Below, one piece after another: positions 50,328-60,785 of a DNA stretch of 64,000 nt (its first letter is position 1; each line of letters starts with the position of its first letter). Position numbers and translations under genes: made by a program. The DNA is from Lachnospiraceae bacterium (lineage in GTDB: Bacteria; Bacillota; Clostridia; Lachnospirales; Lachnospiraceae): positions 38,800 through 102,799 of the forward strand of contig JAISSU010000008.1 of the NCBI GenBank assembly GCA_031272985.1, read 5' to 3'. The notes under the pieces were generated by a model, which saw only the letters and a program-made list of their open reading frames with translations, had not been told where the DNA came from and did not search any database.

Positions 50328-51200
50328 TTACCATATGTTAAGGGAATTTGCAAATACGTTGTTAGTTGGCGCAGCGGTCGCCATCTGTTGCTTTAAGCCG
50401 GCGATAAAAGCCGACAATTCATCGGGATTTCTCTTATACATATTCTTATAATCGCGCACGTAAAACCCGGCGAGTGCTTGCGGACAAGAAGTGTTTATCG
50501 CGTTTATTACCATATATTTTTCATCATGTGAATCTGAAAATTTCGCGACCGCCTTGCTTTTTTTATCCTTAAACAGAAATACCATGGCGTCGTTTGAATA
50601 TGCGGTAAATCCGACTTTCAGCTCACTAACATAAGCCCAGATTAGGTTTTCTTTTCTTTCTATACAGCTTCTCTTGCCCCTTGAAATTACTATGTATTCA
50701 TCGGTTATCACGCCGAGCTTTCCTAAAGAGACATATCTTCCGGTAGAGACAGCCATATTGATGTGGGACTCTGCGACCTCGGCATTCTCACGCATTGCAA
50801 GTCTTTTGTAGGCTCTGGTTTTGCGGTAATTACCGGGAATAAAGTACATCAATGCCCAGATTAGCGTCGTTGCGGCAAAGATTACCAAAAATACCTGAAA
50901 CACTCTTCCATAACTCACACCGCCATGGACGATTTTGTATTTGTCCGAAAAATATGAAACTAATTCAGGGGCTCCGGCTTCTTCGGTAATCAAAGTGGGA
51001 AGCGCCTCTTCAAAGTCTTCGAATTTCTCCACCACGCCCGTAACGTGCCCGATAGATGTGGCATTGGTGGCGATTTCATCATCTATAGGTATAAGTGTGA
51101 CCACATAACCGTCGTCCAATTCGATTATCCCGTAATACTTATCCTCTTTTCCGTCGGTCTCCCGCACATAATTACTCCAGTAAACCTCAATTTCGCCCAT
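50328..51200 (-). CDS. hypothetical membrane protein
   Basis: 290 aa with a central TM helix (VFQVFLVIFAATTLIWALMYFI). No family recognised. Confidence 0.4.
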   Translation of the reverse strand: MGEIEVYWSNYVRETDGKEDKYYGIIELDDGYVVTLIPIDDEIATNATSIGHVTGVVEKFEDFEEALPTLITEEAGAPELVSYFSDKYKIVHGGVSYGRVFQVFLVIFAATTLIWALMYFIPGNYRKTRAYKRLAMRENAEVAESHINMAVSTGRYVSLGKLGVITDEYIVISRGKRSCIERKENLIWAYVSELKVGFTAYSNDAMVFLFKDKKSKAVAKFSDSHDEKYMVINAINTSCPQALAGFYVRDYKNMYKRNPDELSAFIAGLKQQMATAAPTNNVFANSLNIW

Positions 51201-51340
51201 GTCTACTCTAAGACCTGTTTCAAGCTGTGATAGTGAGGTCAGCTTAACAGGTTCACTTTGAAATTTATTGCAGCAGGCAATACTAATGCCTGCATATTAC
51301 AGTCGGTATCTAATAAGCATATTAAACAAATATCTGCTGA

Positions 51341-53065
51341 CTACATTTGTACATTAAATAGATTTCGCAAATTATTAACAATATCCTCCGAGCCGCTTTT
51401 TATCAGTGTCGCCTCATTAATATCGCTTAAGGTTTTTAATTCCTGCTCTCCGCGGCTGTCGCTCTCGACATTATAGCCAATCGTATAGACGGGGATTTGT
51501 AAGCCGCCGACAATGCCTGTGACCCTGTCAAGCGTATAGCCCTCGTTCTGATCGCCATCGCTTAATACAAAAAGTATTAATTTTGCGTTTGGAATCTCTT
51601 TTTGCTTTTCAATGAGCATATTAAGACCAACTAAAACCGCGTCATAAGTAGCGGTGCCGCCCCCTGCCTGCAGTGCTTTTACCGCGCCGCTGAAATAAGC
51701 CCGCTGCATATCATCAAAAGCCGCAATGGGTAAATCAATGTATACATTATTCGAATAGCTGACAAGCCCTATATAATTTTCTTCTCCGATATAGCCCGCT
51801 GTAGCAATCAAGGATTCCTTCAGTGAATTAAGTGGGAGCCCGTCCATGCTGCCGCTGATATCAGCCACAAAAACCCCGATTACGGGGACACCGCCGTTTT
51901 TGTTTTGCTTCCAGAGCTTTTGTGCCGCAAGATATCCCGCTCCGTCCAATCCCGATTCCACGGAAACGTAATCCTCATGCAGGTTAAAGCCTTTTTCACT
52001 TGCGAGCTTTTGATTCTCAGAATTAAGGCAATATTCGGCGAACATTTTCGCCGCTTCCTGTGAGTCCTTATCCACGTAGCCAAAGGTGTAGACCGGATGA
52101 TCGTGGCGGATTCCCTGAGGTACGTAAACATAATCTTTCAGCGCAGGTGTATTGTGATAGGCCTGCTCTTCCATAACCATGGCCTTAATAATGCCTTTTG
52201 CGGCTTTATTGCGAAGCTCAGCCGTAGTGTAGGCTGCAGTCGGAGCCGTCTTCTGGTATTCAATGAGCTTTTCCGATGCCGTAGAGCTTAAGGGATTTTG
52301 GGTATCAAAAGCTGCCAGCATAGCCGTAAAAATATTAAGTCCCGTGCTAGATGTGTAGGGATTAGTGTAGGCAAAGAGCAAATCGCCCGCATTCGCGGCC
52401 GTGAGGACATTGGCGACGGTCACTTCCTTATATTTTTCAATAAATTCGTCATAGGTCGCTTTCTCCATTAGGATACCTGCGGTATTGCCCGCGATTCTCT
52501 TTTTTACCGTGACCACCTCAAAACCGCTCGCTTTTAGCATTTCGCCCCATGCCTCATTGCTCGGAATATAGACATCGGGGCGGTAATCGCCGTCATTCAT
52601 GTATGTTACAACCTCGCCTGAGGTGATTTTCCTTACTGATGCCGTGACGGTTTTACCGTCAATCGTATAGCCCTCGCGGTTGAATTTCTCCGCCACGAGA
52701 TTAAGCCAATTATCATCACCGTCTGCAGAAATCTCGGTGGCAGCGGCGATTTCGATGTCGATTTGACCATTGCCCTTTACCATAATCGGGAATGTATCAA
52801 TGCTCGCAAGAGAATCCGAAGGAGCGGCTTCTGCTGCCGAGAGATCAAGGACCGCCTGGATTTCCCGAGTTCTGATTTTACTGGAAAGAGCCGACAGCTC
52901 TTTTAAGGCGTCATCGTAGCTCAGGGCATCCGTGCGACTCTGATTTTCGCTTCTGACATTGCACCCGTAGCTTAAAGCAGACAAAAAAAGCACCAAAGCA
53001 AGTATTGATGTTATTGATTTGGAAAAGCGTGATTTGGAATAATAAAATTTCTTAAATATTTTCAT
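51341..53065 (-). CDS. von Willebrand factor A (vWA)-domain lipoprotein
   Basis: Track ORF to 53140. Likely start MKIFKK with a signal/lipobox (LSALSYGC). C-terminal vWA with MIDAS DISGSM...T...D. The N-terminal domain resembles a solute-binding protein. Confidence 0.65.
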   Translation of the reverse strand: MKIFKKFYYSKSRFSKSITSILALVLFLSALSYGCNVRSENQSRTDALSYDDALKELSALSSKIRTREIQAVLDLSAAEAAPSDSLASIDTFPIMVKGNGQIDIEIAAATEISADGDDNWLNLVAEKFNREGYTIDGKTVTASVRKITSGEVVTYMNDGDYRPDVYIPSNEAWGEMLKASGFEVVTVKKRIAGNTAGILMEKATYDEFIEKYKEVTVANVLTAANAGDLLFAYTNPYTSSTGLNIFTAMLAAFDTQNPLSSTASEKLIEYQKTAPTAAYTTAELRNKAAKGIIKAMVMEEQAYHNTPALKDYVYVPQGIRHDHPVYTFGYVDKDSQEAAKMFAEYCLNSENQKLASEKGFNLHEDYVSVESGLDGAGYLAAQKLWKQNKNGGVPVIGVFVADISGSMDGLPLNSLKESLIATAGYIGEENYIGLVSYSNNVYIDLPIAAFDDMQRAYFSGAVKALQAGGGTATYDAVLVGLNMLIEKQKEIPNAKLILFVLSDGDQNEGYTLDRVTGIVGGLQIPVYTIGYNVESDSRGEQELKTLSDINEATLIKSGSEDIVNNLRNLFNVQM

Positions 53066-53097
53066 GGTATAAACATCCCTTTCATTCTTTGCGGCCT

Positions 53098-53835
53098 TTA
53101 GTCCGACTTTTTCATTGAGCTTCGTATAACGCTGATCCATGCATCCACAGTAGTTTCGGGCATTTCACGCTTTTCGCTGACATATTGCGCGAGATCGGCG
53201 AGCAGCTTTTGAGTCTGGTCAAGCTGAGATTTATTTTTGGCGAGCACCTCGTAAATCACTTCTTCATCAGTTTTATAATTATCGCGATTGTAAACGTCGT
53301 CGGCACTTTTATCTGAGACGATGCCGCGATTTATGATATGGCGCATATTGCCGCAGATATACTGTTCCACGTCATCAAGCAGAGAAACAGTCGATGCCAA
53401 TAAAAGTCTCGCGTCATTTAGCTTTATGAGTTCTTCAAGCTTTGCCTGACGCCTGTCCATGGTATCCATCTGAACGAGACACTGCTCAATCTGAGCGCTT
53501 AAATCGCTGCGTCGAAGTGCCAGATCCTCCAGCATCTTCCTGATGTCCTCGGGCTCAAAGCGGTCAGCAGTATAGGAAATTCGAGCCTTCTCGTTTTCGA
53601 GCTTTTCGGCGTGCGCCAATTGTCTTTGCTTTCGCGCACTTAAAGATCTCCGGATGTTCTTTATTATGGTCTGTCCGCCTGCGGTGGCGCCGCCTACGAA
53701 AAGTATGGCCGGAATAATAAAAAGCAGCCTGTAAGCTCTTATTCCTATATTGATAATAATCGGATTATAGGATAATAAAAGCACTCCGAAAGAGGCAGCA
53801 GCCAATATTAATAGTGCGGCACAGAGCTTTTTCAT
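53098..53835 (-). CDS. xpaC: XpaC-like (5-bromo-4-chloroindolyl phosphate hydrolysis) membrane protein
   Basis: About 245 aa. N-terminal TM helices and a C-terminal coiled-coil region. Directly downstream of telA, as in the Bacillus subtilis yaaN-xpaC pair. Confidence 0.45.
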   Translation of the reverse strand: MKKLCAALLILAAASFGVLLLSYNPIIINIGIRAYRLLFIIPAILFVGGATAGGQTIIKNIRRSLSARKQRQLAHAEKLENEKARISYTADRFEPEDIRKMLEDLALRRSDLSAQIEQCLVQMDTMDRRQAKLEELIKLNDARLLLASTVSLLDDVEQYICGNMRHIINRGIVSDKSADDVYNRDNYKTDEEVIYEVLAKNKSQLDQTQKLLADLAQYVSEKREMPETTVDAWISVIRSSMKKSD

Positions 53836-53876
53836 AATTAAAGCGACCAATCCTTTCTTAAAATAATCGTAGCTAT

Positions 53877-55037
53877 TTATTGATTAGAGCTATTGTTTCG
53901 TACCTCAATAAGCTTTACCTTTAGTTCATTTTCGAGGCGCTGCAACTCAGCCTCGGCGGCTAAACGATTGGCTCTGCCTTCCTGTGAAATCGCATAGACT
54001 TCGTCAATCGTTGTAATCAGCTGTTCGTTCGCGTGAGCGAGAGTTTCAATATCGACAATACCGCGCTCGGCCTCTTTAGCTGTCTCAATAGTGGTGACTT
54101 TAAGCTTATCCGCATTACTCTTTAAAAGCTCATTAGTTACCTCTGTGACCTGGCGCTGCGCCTCCATGGCGCGTTTGCTGTCCTCCAGACCCAGAGCAAG
54201 GAGCATCTGATTCTTCCAAAGAGGAATGGTATTGACAATACTGGTCTGGATCTTTTCGGCCAATATGCTGTCATTATTTTGGACGAGTCTGATTTGCGGT
54301 GCCATCTGAATGCAAATCGTCCGCGTAAGCTCCAAATCATAGATTCGTTTCTCAAAGCGTCCGAGCTGCGCCTCTAAATCATTGACTCTTTGGGCATCTT
54401 CAGGGAGAGTGCTTTTTCGGGCTTTATCTCGAAGTTCGACTAACTCTGTTTCGCGTACTTCGTTTAATTTTCGCTTTCCCGCAAGGATATACATATTGAG
54501 CTCTTTGTAATAGTTAAGATTCTCGGCAAAGAGCCTGTCTAAAGTCGTAATGTCCACATTGAGAGTATGTCGGTGTCCCTCTAAGGCGTCGCTCACTTTC
54601 TGGATATTAGCGGCTACGCTGTCATATTGGGACTTAAGCTCGGCGATTCGGTTCTGACCTTTTTTAATCAGCCCCATAAGACCTTTTTTCTCTTCGTCCG
54701 GTTTAAACCCTTTAATCTGAGTCACCAAAGACGTGAGCTGAGAGCCGATTTCGCCTAAATCCTTGGTGCGCACGCTCTTAAGCGCGGATTCTGAAAACAC
54801 CCCGGCTTTTCTTTGCGCATCCTCGCCATAACGCGAAATACCTTCGGTATCATGAATATCAATCTTTGAGATAAAAGCGTCAATCTTTTTTTGATCCTCA
54901 GCGGAAAGATTCGCAGCCTGCTGCTGCAGAACTGCCAAATCAGGAGATGCAGCCCCCCCGTTTGAAGCCGCCTCGTCACCCTGATTCATTGTTGCTTCAT
55001 TCGATTTTGTATTAAAAGTAAGTTCAATATCCGACAT
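53877..55037 (-). CDS. telA: toxic anion resistance protein TelA/YaaN family
   Basis: 386 aa. Long alpha-helical TelA-family pattern throughout. Confidence 0.75.
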   Translation of the reverse strand: MSDIELTFNTKSNEATMNQGDEAASNGGAASPDLAVLQQQAANLSAEDQKKIDAFISKIDIHDTEGISRYGEDAQRKAGVFSESALKSVRTKDLGEIGSQLTSLVTQIKGFKPDEEKKGLMGLIKKGQNRIAELKSQYDSVAANIQKVSDALEGHRHTLNVDITTLDRLFAENLNYYKELNMYILAGKRKLNEVRETELVELRDKARKSTLPEDAQRVNDLEAQLGRFEKRIYDLELTRTICIQMAPQIRLVQNNDSILAEKIQTSIVNTIPLWKNQMLLALGLEDSKRAMEAQRQVTEVTNELLKSNADKLKVTTIETAKEAERGIVDIETLAHANEQLITTIDEVYAISQEGRANRLAAEAELQRLENELKVKLIEVRNNSSNQ

Positions 55038-55509
55038 ATCATTTCCCCTTCGCTATTTTGAAATAAACAGTGCCATTTAGAAAACTGACAGGGCACGTCG
55101 CCCTAAAAGAATTACAAAATTATTATACTATCTTCCGAGAGAAGCTGCAATGATTCAGAATTTGAAATCCATAAAATCATCACTGCATTTGCGAACGTCA
55201 AAAAGTCCAAGTTCCGCAAGCACTTTCTGAACCATTTTCTTTAATTCGCTGTCAGTTCGAATATTTATAAATGAGCATCAGCTACGACACGACCGAACCG
55301 ACCTGCCGGCTGGTGGAAGACGGCAATGGTGTTTTGGCTGCGGTTGGGGCAAAATTGCAATAGTCTTTTGATTATTTACACGCATATTTCCTCAAAATCG
55401 TGTTTGAAATAGTTACAATTACACCTTTAGCTTGTTATAATATAATCACGCAAATTCAAAGAAGTGCGTGCAGAAAGTTGGTGACGTATTGAACAAACAA
55501 GAAATTGTA

Positions 55510-55942
55510 ATGGATATTTTTCATAAAGTCGGAGAAATCGCAAGGACGACGGATTTCGCAGCCGCCGGGCTGAAGAATTATGAGGTCGCGGCACTTTGCA
55601 CCCCGTGAGTGGACGGTGGCCATCCCTCGTTCTTTTTCACGCTCTGTGAAAGTGATGCCGGAAGTTCCTGTAAAAGCCTATTATGTCCAAAGTAAGTTTC
55701 ACCGCTACGGTGTAACAATCGGTGATTTTAACGGTGTTACGCTCCCTATTTATGACCGAGAACGCACACTGTGCGATTGCTTTAAATACCGCACGAAGCT
55801 CGACAATGAGATATTTAATAAAGCAATCAACGCCTATGTAGCCGACCCGAAAAAGAATCTTGTCAAACTTTCAAAATATGCAAAAGAACTTGGCGTCTAC
55901 AAAAAACTGATGAATGTTATGGAGGTGCTACTCAATGGCTGA
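55510..55942 (+). pseudogene. AbiEi-family antitoxin gene, frameshifted
   Basis: The N-terminal wHTH segment MDIFHKVGEIARTTDFAAAGLKNYEVAALCTP* ends at 55608. The C-terminal part continues in the +1 frame (55580..55942: ...VPVKAYYVQSKFHRYGVTIGDFNGVTLPIYDRERTLCDCF...). Its stop overlaps the next ATG as ATGGCTGA, the usual AbiE coupling. Confidence 0.5.
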
Positions 55943-56154
55943 TATTGTTGCATCCGTGCTCGCACGACTCAAAAACAAGGCAGTGGAAAGCCTTCTGCCG
56001 TAAAATTGATACAAAAACGGACGATTACAGTGTGGTTTTGGTGACCATAAAACAATTCCTTGGCGAACCATTTGTAGCGACAGTTAAGAACAAAGACTTT
56101 GAAAAACATTGGGACGCTTTAAATGCAAATTGGAAAAGTATAGTTTGCAAATAG
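55935..56154 (+). pseudogene. AbiEii/AbiGii nucleotidyltransferase toxin remnant (internal deletion)
   Basis: The family N-terminus MADIVASVLARLKNKAVESLLP ends in a stop after 22 codons. A second frame (to 56154) carries a family-like C-terminus ...DYSVVLVTIKQFLGEPFVATVKNKDFEKHWDALNANW. Roughly 200 central codons are absent. Confidence 0.45.
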
Positions 56155-56237
56155 AAGAGGTTGGCAAGGTTTTCTCAGGCCGAAACAGTAGTTGCAACAC
56201 TTAAACTGCGTTATTATATCAAGCGGTATGTCTATCT

Positions 56238-56420
56238 ATGGCTGTCCATACCGCCGTATGACTGATGCTCTGGCCTGTCATCTCGCTTATTGCTTGCGAT
56301 GCGTGACGGTAGGTGTTTCGGTCACGGGTTTGCGCCATTTCCTTATCGTATTTTTCCAGCTTATCCCGAAGTTTCCCACGACCGGCTTCCAAACATTTTT
56401 CATAAATTGTATTTGTTAAT
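56238..56420 (-). pseudogene. gene fragment encoding a C-terminal HTH-like segment (origin unclear)
   Basis: The minus-strand frame gives ...LEKYDKEMAQTRDRNTYRHASQAISEMTGQSISHTAVWTAIDRHTA*. It has no plausible N-terminus and abuts the intron 5' region. Confidence 0.25.
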
Positions 56421-57031
56421 CTAAAAATGGCCCACTCATGTTGCGCACTCTTCAGCAGTATTACTTTCGCAAAATTAATTCTACTGATTCTGTGGGCATT
56501 AGGGAAGGGGGTAACCTCTTTCCTTTTTTAGTATGACGGGCATGCCGTCAGTCTGTGGTGAAAGTCCACAAGGGGCGTAGTTGCCGACGAACCCCAAAGC
56601 GACTCCCAAGGCTTACACTGTGAAGTGTGGGCGAGAAGAAGGGATAGCGAAATCGTAGCCTGACGAACAGAAACCTGATATAAGGCGTACATGGCGGATA
56701 AGCTGGCTAAAGACAGCGAAGTCCAAAAGGCAACCGTAACCCATGTGCGTAAATCAGGCAGGTAGACGAGGAAAGACTGGGAGGCTTATCCCGTGAGGTC
56801 TCACAGGCGGTATCATTAGCCGTAGTAACAATGAACTGTGAGAAGTCAGCAGAAGCCGTAGTAGGCAGCGCTTTGAAATGGGCACTGCCAAAGGGCTGAA
56901 CAACGTAACTGTGTAATCAAATGTATGCTCCATGGAATACCTGACGGCAGGAAGGGCAAAACGTAAATGAGCAGACCCTGTGCCACATAGGGCGAATCCA
57001 TGAAACCGGAAAGGAGAAAGCACACAATGCA

Positions 57032-58255
57032 ATGTCAGAACTGTTGGAAAAGATACTGTACAAAGAGAACATGAATGCTGCCTACAAAAGAGTCTGCGCC
57101 AACAAAGGGGCGGGCGGAGTAGACGATGTGACGATTGAAGAACTGGGAGATTATATCAAAGAGAACTGGGCGAGTATCAGGGAGCAAATTAGGCACAGGG
57201 AATACAAACTCCAGCCAGTCAGGAGGGTAGAAATACCCAAGCCGGACGGAGGAGTGAGGGAATTGGGAATTCCTACGGTAATGGATAGAGTAATTCAGCA
57301 AGGCATCGTACAGGCAATAGGTCCTATGTGTGAGCCAATGTTTTCGGAATGGAGCTACGGCTTCAGACCGAACAGAAGCGGAGAAATGGCTATCAGGCAA
57401 TTACTTAAGTACCTGAACGAGGGATACGAGTGGATAGTGGATATAGACCTGGAGAAATTTTTCGATAACGTGCCGCAGGACAGGCTTATGAGCCTTGTCC
57501 ATGACATAATCAAAGACGGTGATACGGAATCGCTTATCCGCAGATACCTGAAAGCAGGAGCCATGACGCCACAGGGATACAGAGAAACAAGACTCGGCAC
57601 ACCGCAGGGAGGAAACCTGTCGCCGCTTTTGTCAAACATTATGTTAAATGAACTGGACAAAGAACTGGAAGCAAGAGGACTTCGGTTCACAATATATGCC
57701 GATGACTGTGTGATAGCAGTAAAAAGCGAAACAAGTGCTAAGAGGGTCATGCGGACGGTGACGGAATGGATACAGAGGAAACTGGGATTAAAGGTCAACG
57801 TGACGAAAACCCAAATCGCAAGACCGCTGAAGCTGAAATACCTCGGATTCGGGTTCTACAAAGACAATAAAACAAAAGAGTGGAAGTGCAGACCCCATCA
57901 GGAATCTGTGAAGAAACTCAAAGTCAGACTGAAAGAACTGACGTGTAGAAAAATGCCTGGAACAGTCACAAGCAAGATTGGGAAAATCAATCAGGTGACA
58001 AGAGGGTGGATAAACTATTACGCTCTCGGCGCTATGAGAACAGCAATGACAGAGATTGACGCACATCTAAGAACAAGACTTAGAATCATTATCTGGAAAC
58101 AGTGGAAAGTACCAGGAAAACGGCAATGGGGATTGCAGAAGTTAGGGGTCAGCAAAGACCTTGCCCGGCTCACAGCGTACTGTGGCGATCGTTATTACTG
58201 GGTTGTCACAAAAACATGTGTGGTCAGGGCAATCTCCAAAGCTGTATTTGCTTGA
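57032..58255 (+). CDS. group II intron reverse transcriptase/maturase (intron-encoded protein)
   Basis: 407 aa. RT domains 0-7 with the YADD active site (FTIYADDCVIAV) and an X/maturase domain (RGWINYY). No D/En domain. Confidence 0.92.
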   Translation: MSELLEKILYKENMNAAYKRVCANKGAGGVDDVTIEELGDYIKENWASIREQIRHREYKLQPVRRVEIPKPDGGVRELGIPTVMDRVIQQGIVQAIGPMCEPMFSEWSYGFRPNRSGEMAIRQLLKYLNEGYEWIVDIDLEKFFDNVPQDRLMSLVHDIIKDGDTESLIRRYLKAGAMTPQGYRETRLGTPQGGNLSPLLSNIMLNELDKELEARGLRFTIYADDCVIAVKSETSAKRVMRTVTEWIQRKLGLKVNVTKTQIARPLKLKYLGFGFYKDNKTKEWKCRPHQESVKKLKVRLKELTCRKMPGTVTSKIGKINQVTRGWINYYALGAMRTAMTEIDAHLRTRLRIIIWKQWKVPGKRQWGLQKLGVSKDLARLTAYCGDRYYWVVTKTCVVRAISKAVFA

Positions 58256-58449
58256 GTATTCCGGGTGTTTTTGAACCGCCAATCCGGTTGCATGATACCG
58301 TTGTTCCGGAATAACCGATACCAATATTCCGGAGGCAGAATACCAACATTCCGGCTAACGATACCGCTGTCCATGTAAAATAATAAGTTCTCCTTTATAC
58401 TGTATCTATACGCTTTATAGCGTAAATACAGTTGAAGGAGGTCGTCATT

Positions 58450-60003
58450 ATGACCAAATATCGTGAGATTATCCGGCTTGCCGGATTAAATCTCAGCCAG
58501 ACTAACATTGCGCTCAGTTGTAATGCATCCAAGACCACGGTCAACAAGGTTCTCAAAGCAGCAAGAGAAAAGAACATTGCGTGGCCCTTGAATCAGAAGC
58601 TGACAGATGATGTCTTGGCTAAAATGCTGTTTCCGGAGGCGGAACAAGCTGCCGTTGCCTCCAATAAGCGGATGCCGGATTATGACCACATCCGCAAGGA
58701 ACTTCTCCGTAACGGAGTTAACAAAAAGCTCCTGTGGACGGAATACCTGGAGGAATGCCGTCTCGCTGGCGATGAGCCGCTCATGTATTCCCAGTTCTGC
58801 TATTACATTCAGCAGGATGAGCAGAAGCGGCGTGCTACGATGCATATCAACCGCAAACCCGGAGAACAGGTCGAGGTCGACTGGGCAGGAGATCCGGCCC
58901 ATCTCACCGATCCGGATACCGGTGAAATCATCAACGCATATTTTTTCGTCGGGGTCATGACATACAGCCAGTATCCGTATGTCGAAGCGTTTGTTGATGA
59001 AAAACAGCCATCATGGATCGCCGCACATGTCCATATGTATGAATACTTTGGCGGCGTTGCAAAAATCCTCGTCCCAGATAACTGCCGTACTGCAGTTGAC
59101 CACAACAAAGGCTGGAAAGACCAGCGGATCAATGCAGTCTATCAGGGGATGGCAGAACATTATGGCACTGCCGTTATCCCCGCCCGCGTCCGGGCTCCGA
59201 AGGATAAGCCAAATGCTGAGGGCTACGTGGGTAACATCTCCACTTGGATTACAGCAGCTCTGCGCGATGAACCGTTCTTTTCCATCGGTGAACTTAACCG
59301 GGCCATCCACCAAAAACTGGAGGCCTTCAGCCGACGCCCTTTCCAGAAAAAAGAGGGCAGCCGGTATGAGATCTTCTGCAACGAAGAACTGCCACTGCTG
59401 ATGCCTTTACCCACTGCCCCGTATGAACTGGCGGAATGGAAACAAGCCACCGTCCAGTTCAATTATCACATATCTTGCGCTGGAATGCTATACTCAGTTC
59501 CGCATGAATACATAAAACGCAAGGTTGATGTACGGGTCACAGGTACGACGATTGAAATATTTTATAGTAATAACCGTATTGCCTCCCACCGCCGTCTCTA
59601 CGGTCGCAAGGGGCAGTACAGCACCATTACCGAGCATATGCCGGCCTCCCATCAGCAGTATCTGGAGTGGAACGGCGACCGTTTCCGCAAATGGGCGAAA
59701 CGGATTGGCACCGGCACATACCAGGTAGTGGATGGCATCCTTAACTCCAAACGTGTGGAACAACAGTCCTACAGGAGCTGTATGGGCCTTCTGAAGCTTG
59801 CCGACAAGTATTCTGTCGACCGTCTGGAGGCAGCCTGTACCAAGGCCCTCTCCTTCACCGCCACGCCCAGTTACAAGAGCATCAAGAACATCCTTGATAC
59901 CGGCAACGACAGGGCAGCACCATCGGACAAAGGGCTGGCACCTGATGCACACACACAGAACAGCCATGCGCTCACCAGAGGCGCTGATTACTATAGGAGG
60001 TAA
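58450..60003 (+). CDS. istA: IS21-family transposase IstA (N-terminal HTH plus DDE integrase core)
   Basis: Track ORF 58432..60003. The likely start is MTKYREIIRL. DDE core with ...VEVDWAGDP... and a C-terminal multimerisation region. Confidence 0.9.
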   Translation: MTKYREIIRLAGLNLSQTNIALSCNASKTTVNKVLKAAREKNIAWPLNQKLTDDVLAKMLFPEAEQAAVASNKRMPDYDHIRKELLRNGVNKKLLWTEYLEECRLAGDEPLMYSQFCYYIQQDEQKRRATMHINRKPGEQVEVDWAGDPAHLTDPDTGEIINAYFFVGVMTYSQYPYVEAFVDEKQPSWIAAHVHMYEYFGGVAKILVPDNCRTAVDHNKGWKDQRINAVYQGMAEHYGTAVIPARVRAPKDKPNAEGYVGNISTWITAALRDEPFFSIGELNRAIHQKLEAFSRRPFQKKEGSRYEIFCNEELPLLMPLPTAPYELAEWKQATVQFNYHISCAGMLYSVPHEYIKRKVDVRVTGTTIEIFYSNNRIASHRRLYGRKGQYSTITEHMPASHQQYLEWNGDRFRKWAKRIGTGTYQVVDGILNSKRVEQQSYRSCMGLLKLADKYSVDRLEAACTKALSFTATPSYKSIKNILDTGNDRAAPSDKGLAPDAHTQNSHALTRGADYYRR

Positions 60004-60008
60004 GGACG

Positions 60009-60785
60009 ATGACAATTCAAAGTACAATGGATAAACTGATCGAAATGCGCCAGACAGCCATGTCAGATGCGTTCCGTATACAGATTGATGACCCTAAAAT
60101 GAAAGAGGTTGCCTTCGAAGACCGCTTCGGGATGTTGGTCGATGTTGAGTACAGCAACCGGAAGCACAACAGCTTAAAGCGCCTGATCTGCAATGCCGGG
60201 TTTGACCAGCCGGAGGCTCATATTTCCGATATTAACTATACATCCGGCCGCAGGCTCAACCGGGTATTAATCGAAAGGCTCGCAACCTGTGAGTACATCA
60301 CAGAGCACAGGAACCTCTTTATCACAGGTGCCACGGACAGCGGCAAGACCTATCTGGCCTGCGCATTCGGCATGGAGGCGTGCAAGCAGCGTTTCAAGAC
60401 CAAATACATCCGTCTTCCTGACCTTCTCCTTGAACTGGAGATGGCACGAAGCGACGGCACTTACAAAAAAGTACAGGCCAAGTATGCGAATCCCGTTCTT
60501 CTCATCATAGATGAATGGCTCCTGCTGAAGCCGACAGAATCAGAACAGCATGACATTCTGGAACTGCTGCACAGGAGACGCCGGAATTCTTCCACGATCT
60601 TCTGCTCACAGTATGACTCAAACGGATGGTATGACCAGCTTGGCGGAGATGACAGTCCTCTTTCTGAGGCCATTCTCGATCGCATCAAGTATGATGCCTA
60701 TAAGATTAATATCATTCCAACAGACCCGGCAAACTGCCGGTCTATGCGGGAGGTATACGGATTAGATCCGGCATTAAGCGAGTAA
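60009..60785 (+). CDS. istB: IS21-family helper ATPase IstB
   Basis: 258 aa. Walker A TGATDSGKTYLACAFG, Walker B LLIIDEW. DnaC-like. Confidence 0.9.
   Translation: MTIQSTMDKLIEMRQTAMSDAFRIQIDDPKMKEVAFEDRFGMLVDVEYSNRKHNSLKRLICNAGFDQPEAHISDINYTSGRRLNRVLIERLATCEYITEHRNLFITGATDSGKTYLACAFGMEACKQRFKTKYIRLPDLLLELEMARSDGTYKKVQAKYANPVLLIIDEWLLLKPTESEQHDILELLHRRRRNSSTIFCSQYDSNGWYDQLGGDDSPLSEAILDRIKYDAYKINIIPTDPANCRSMREVYGLDPALSE

Noticed and set aside
58486-60034. Numerous ORFs antisense or out of frame within istA and istB (58486..58902, 58809..59132, 59494..60027 and others)
   Set aside because: They overlap well-supported IS21 genes in a higher-GC stretch, where long spurious ORFs are expected.
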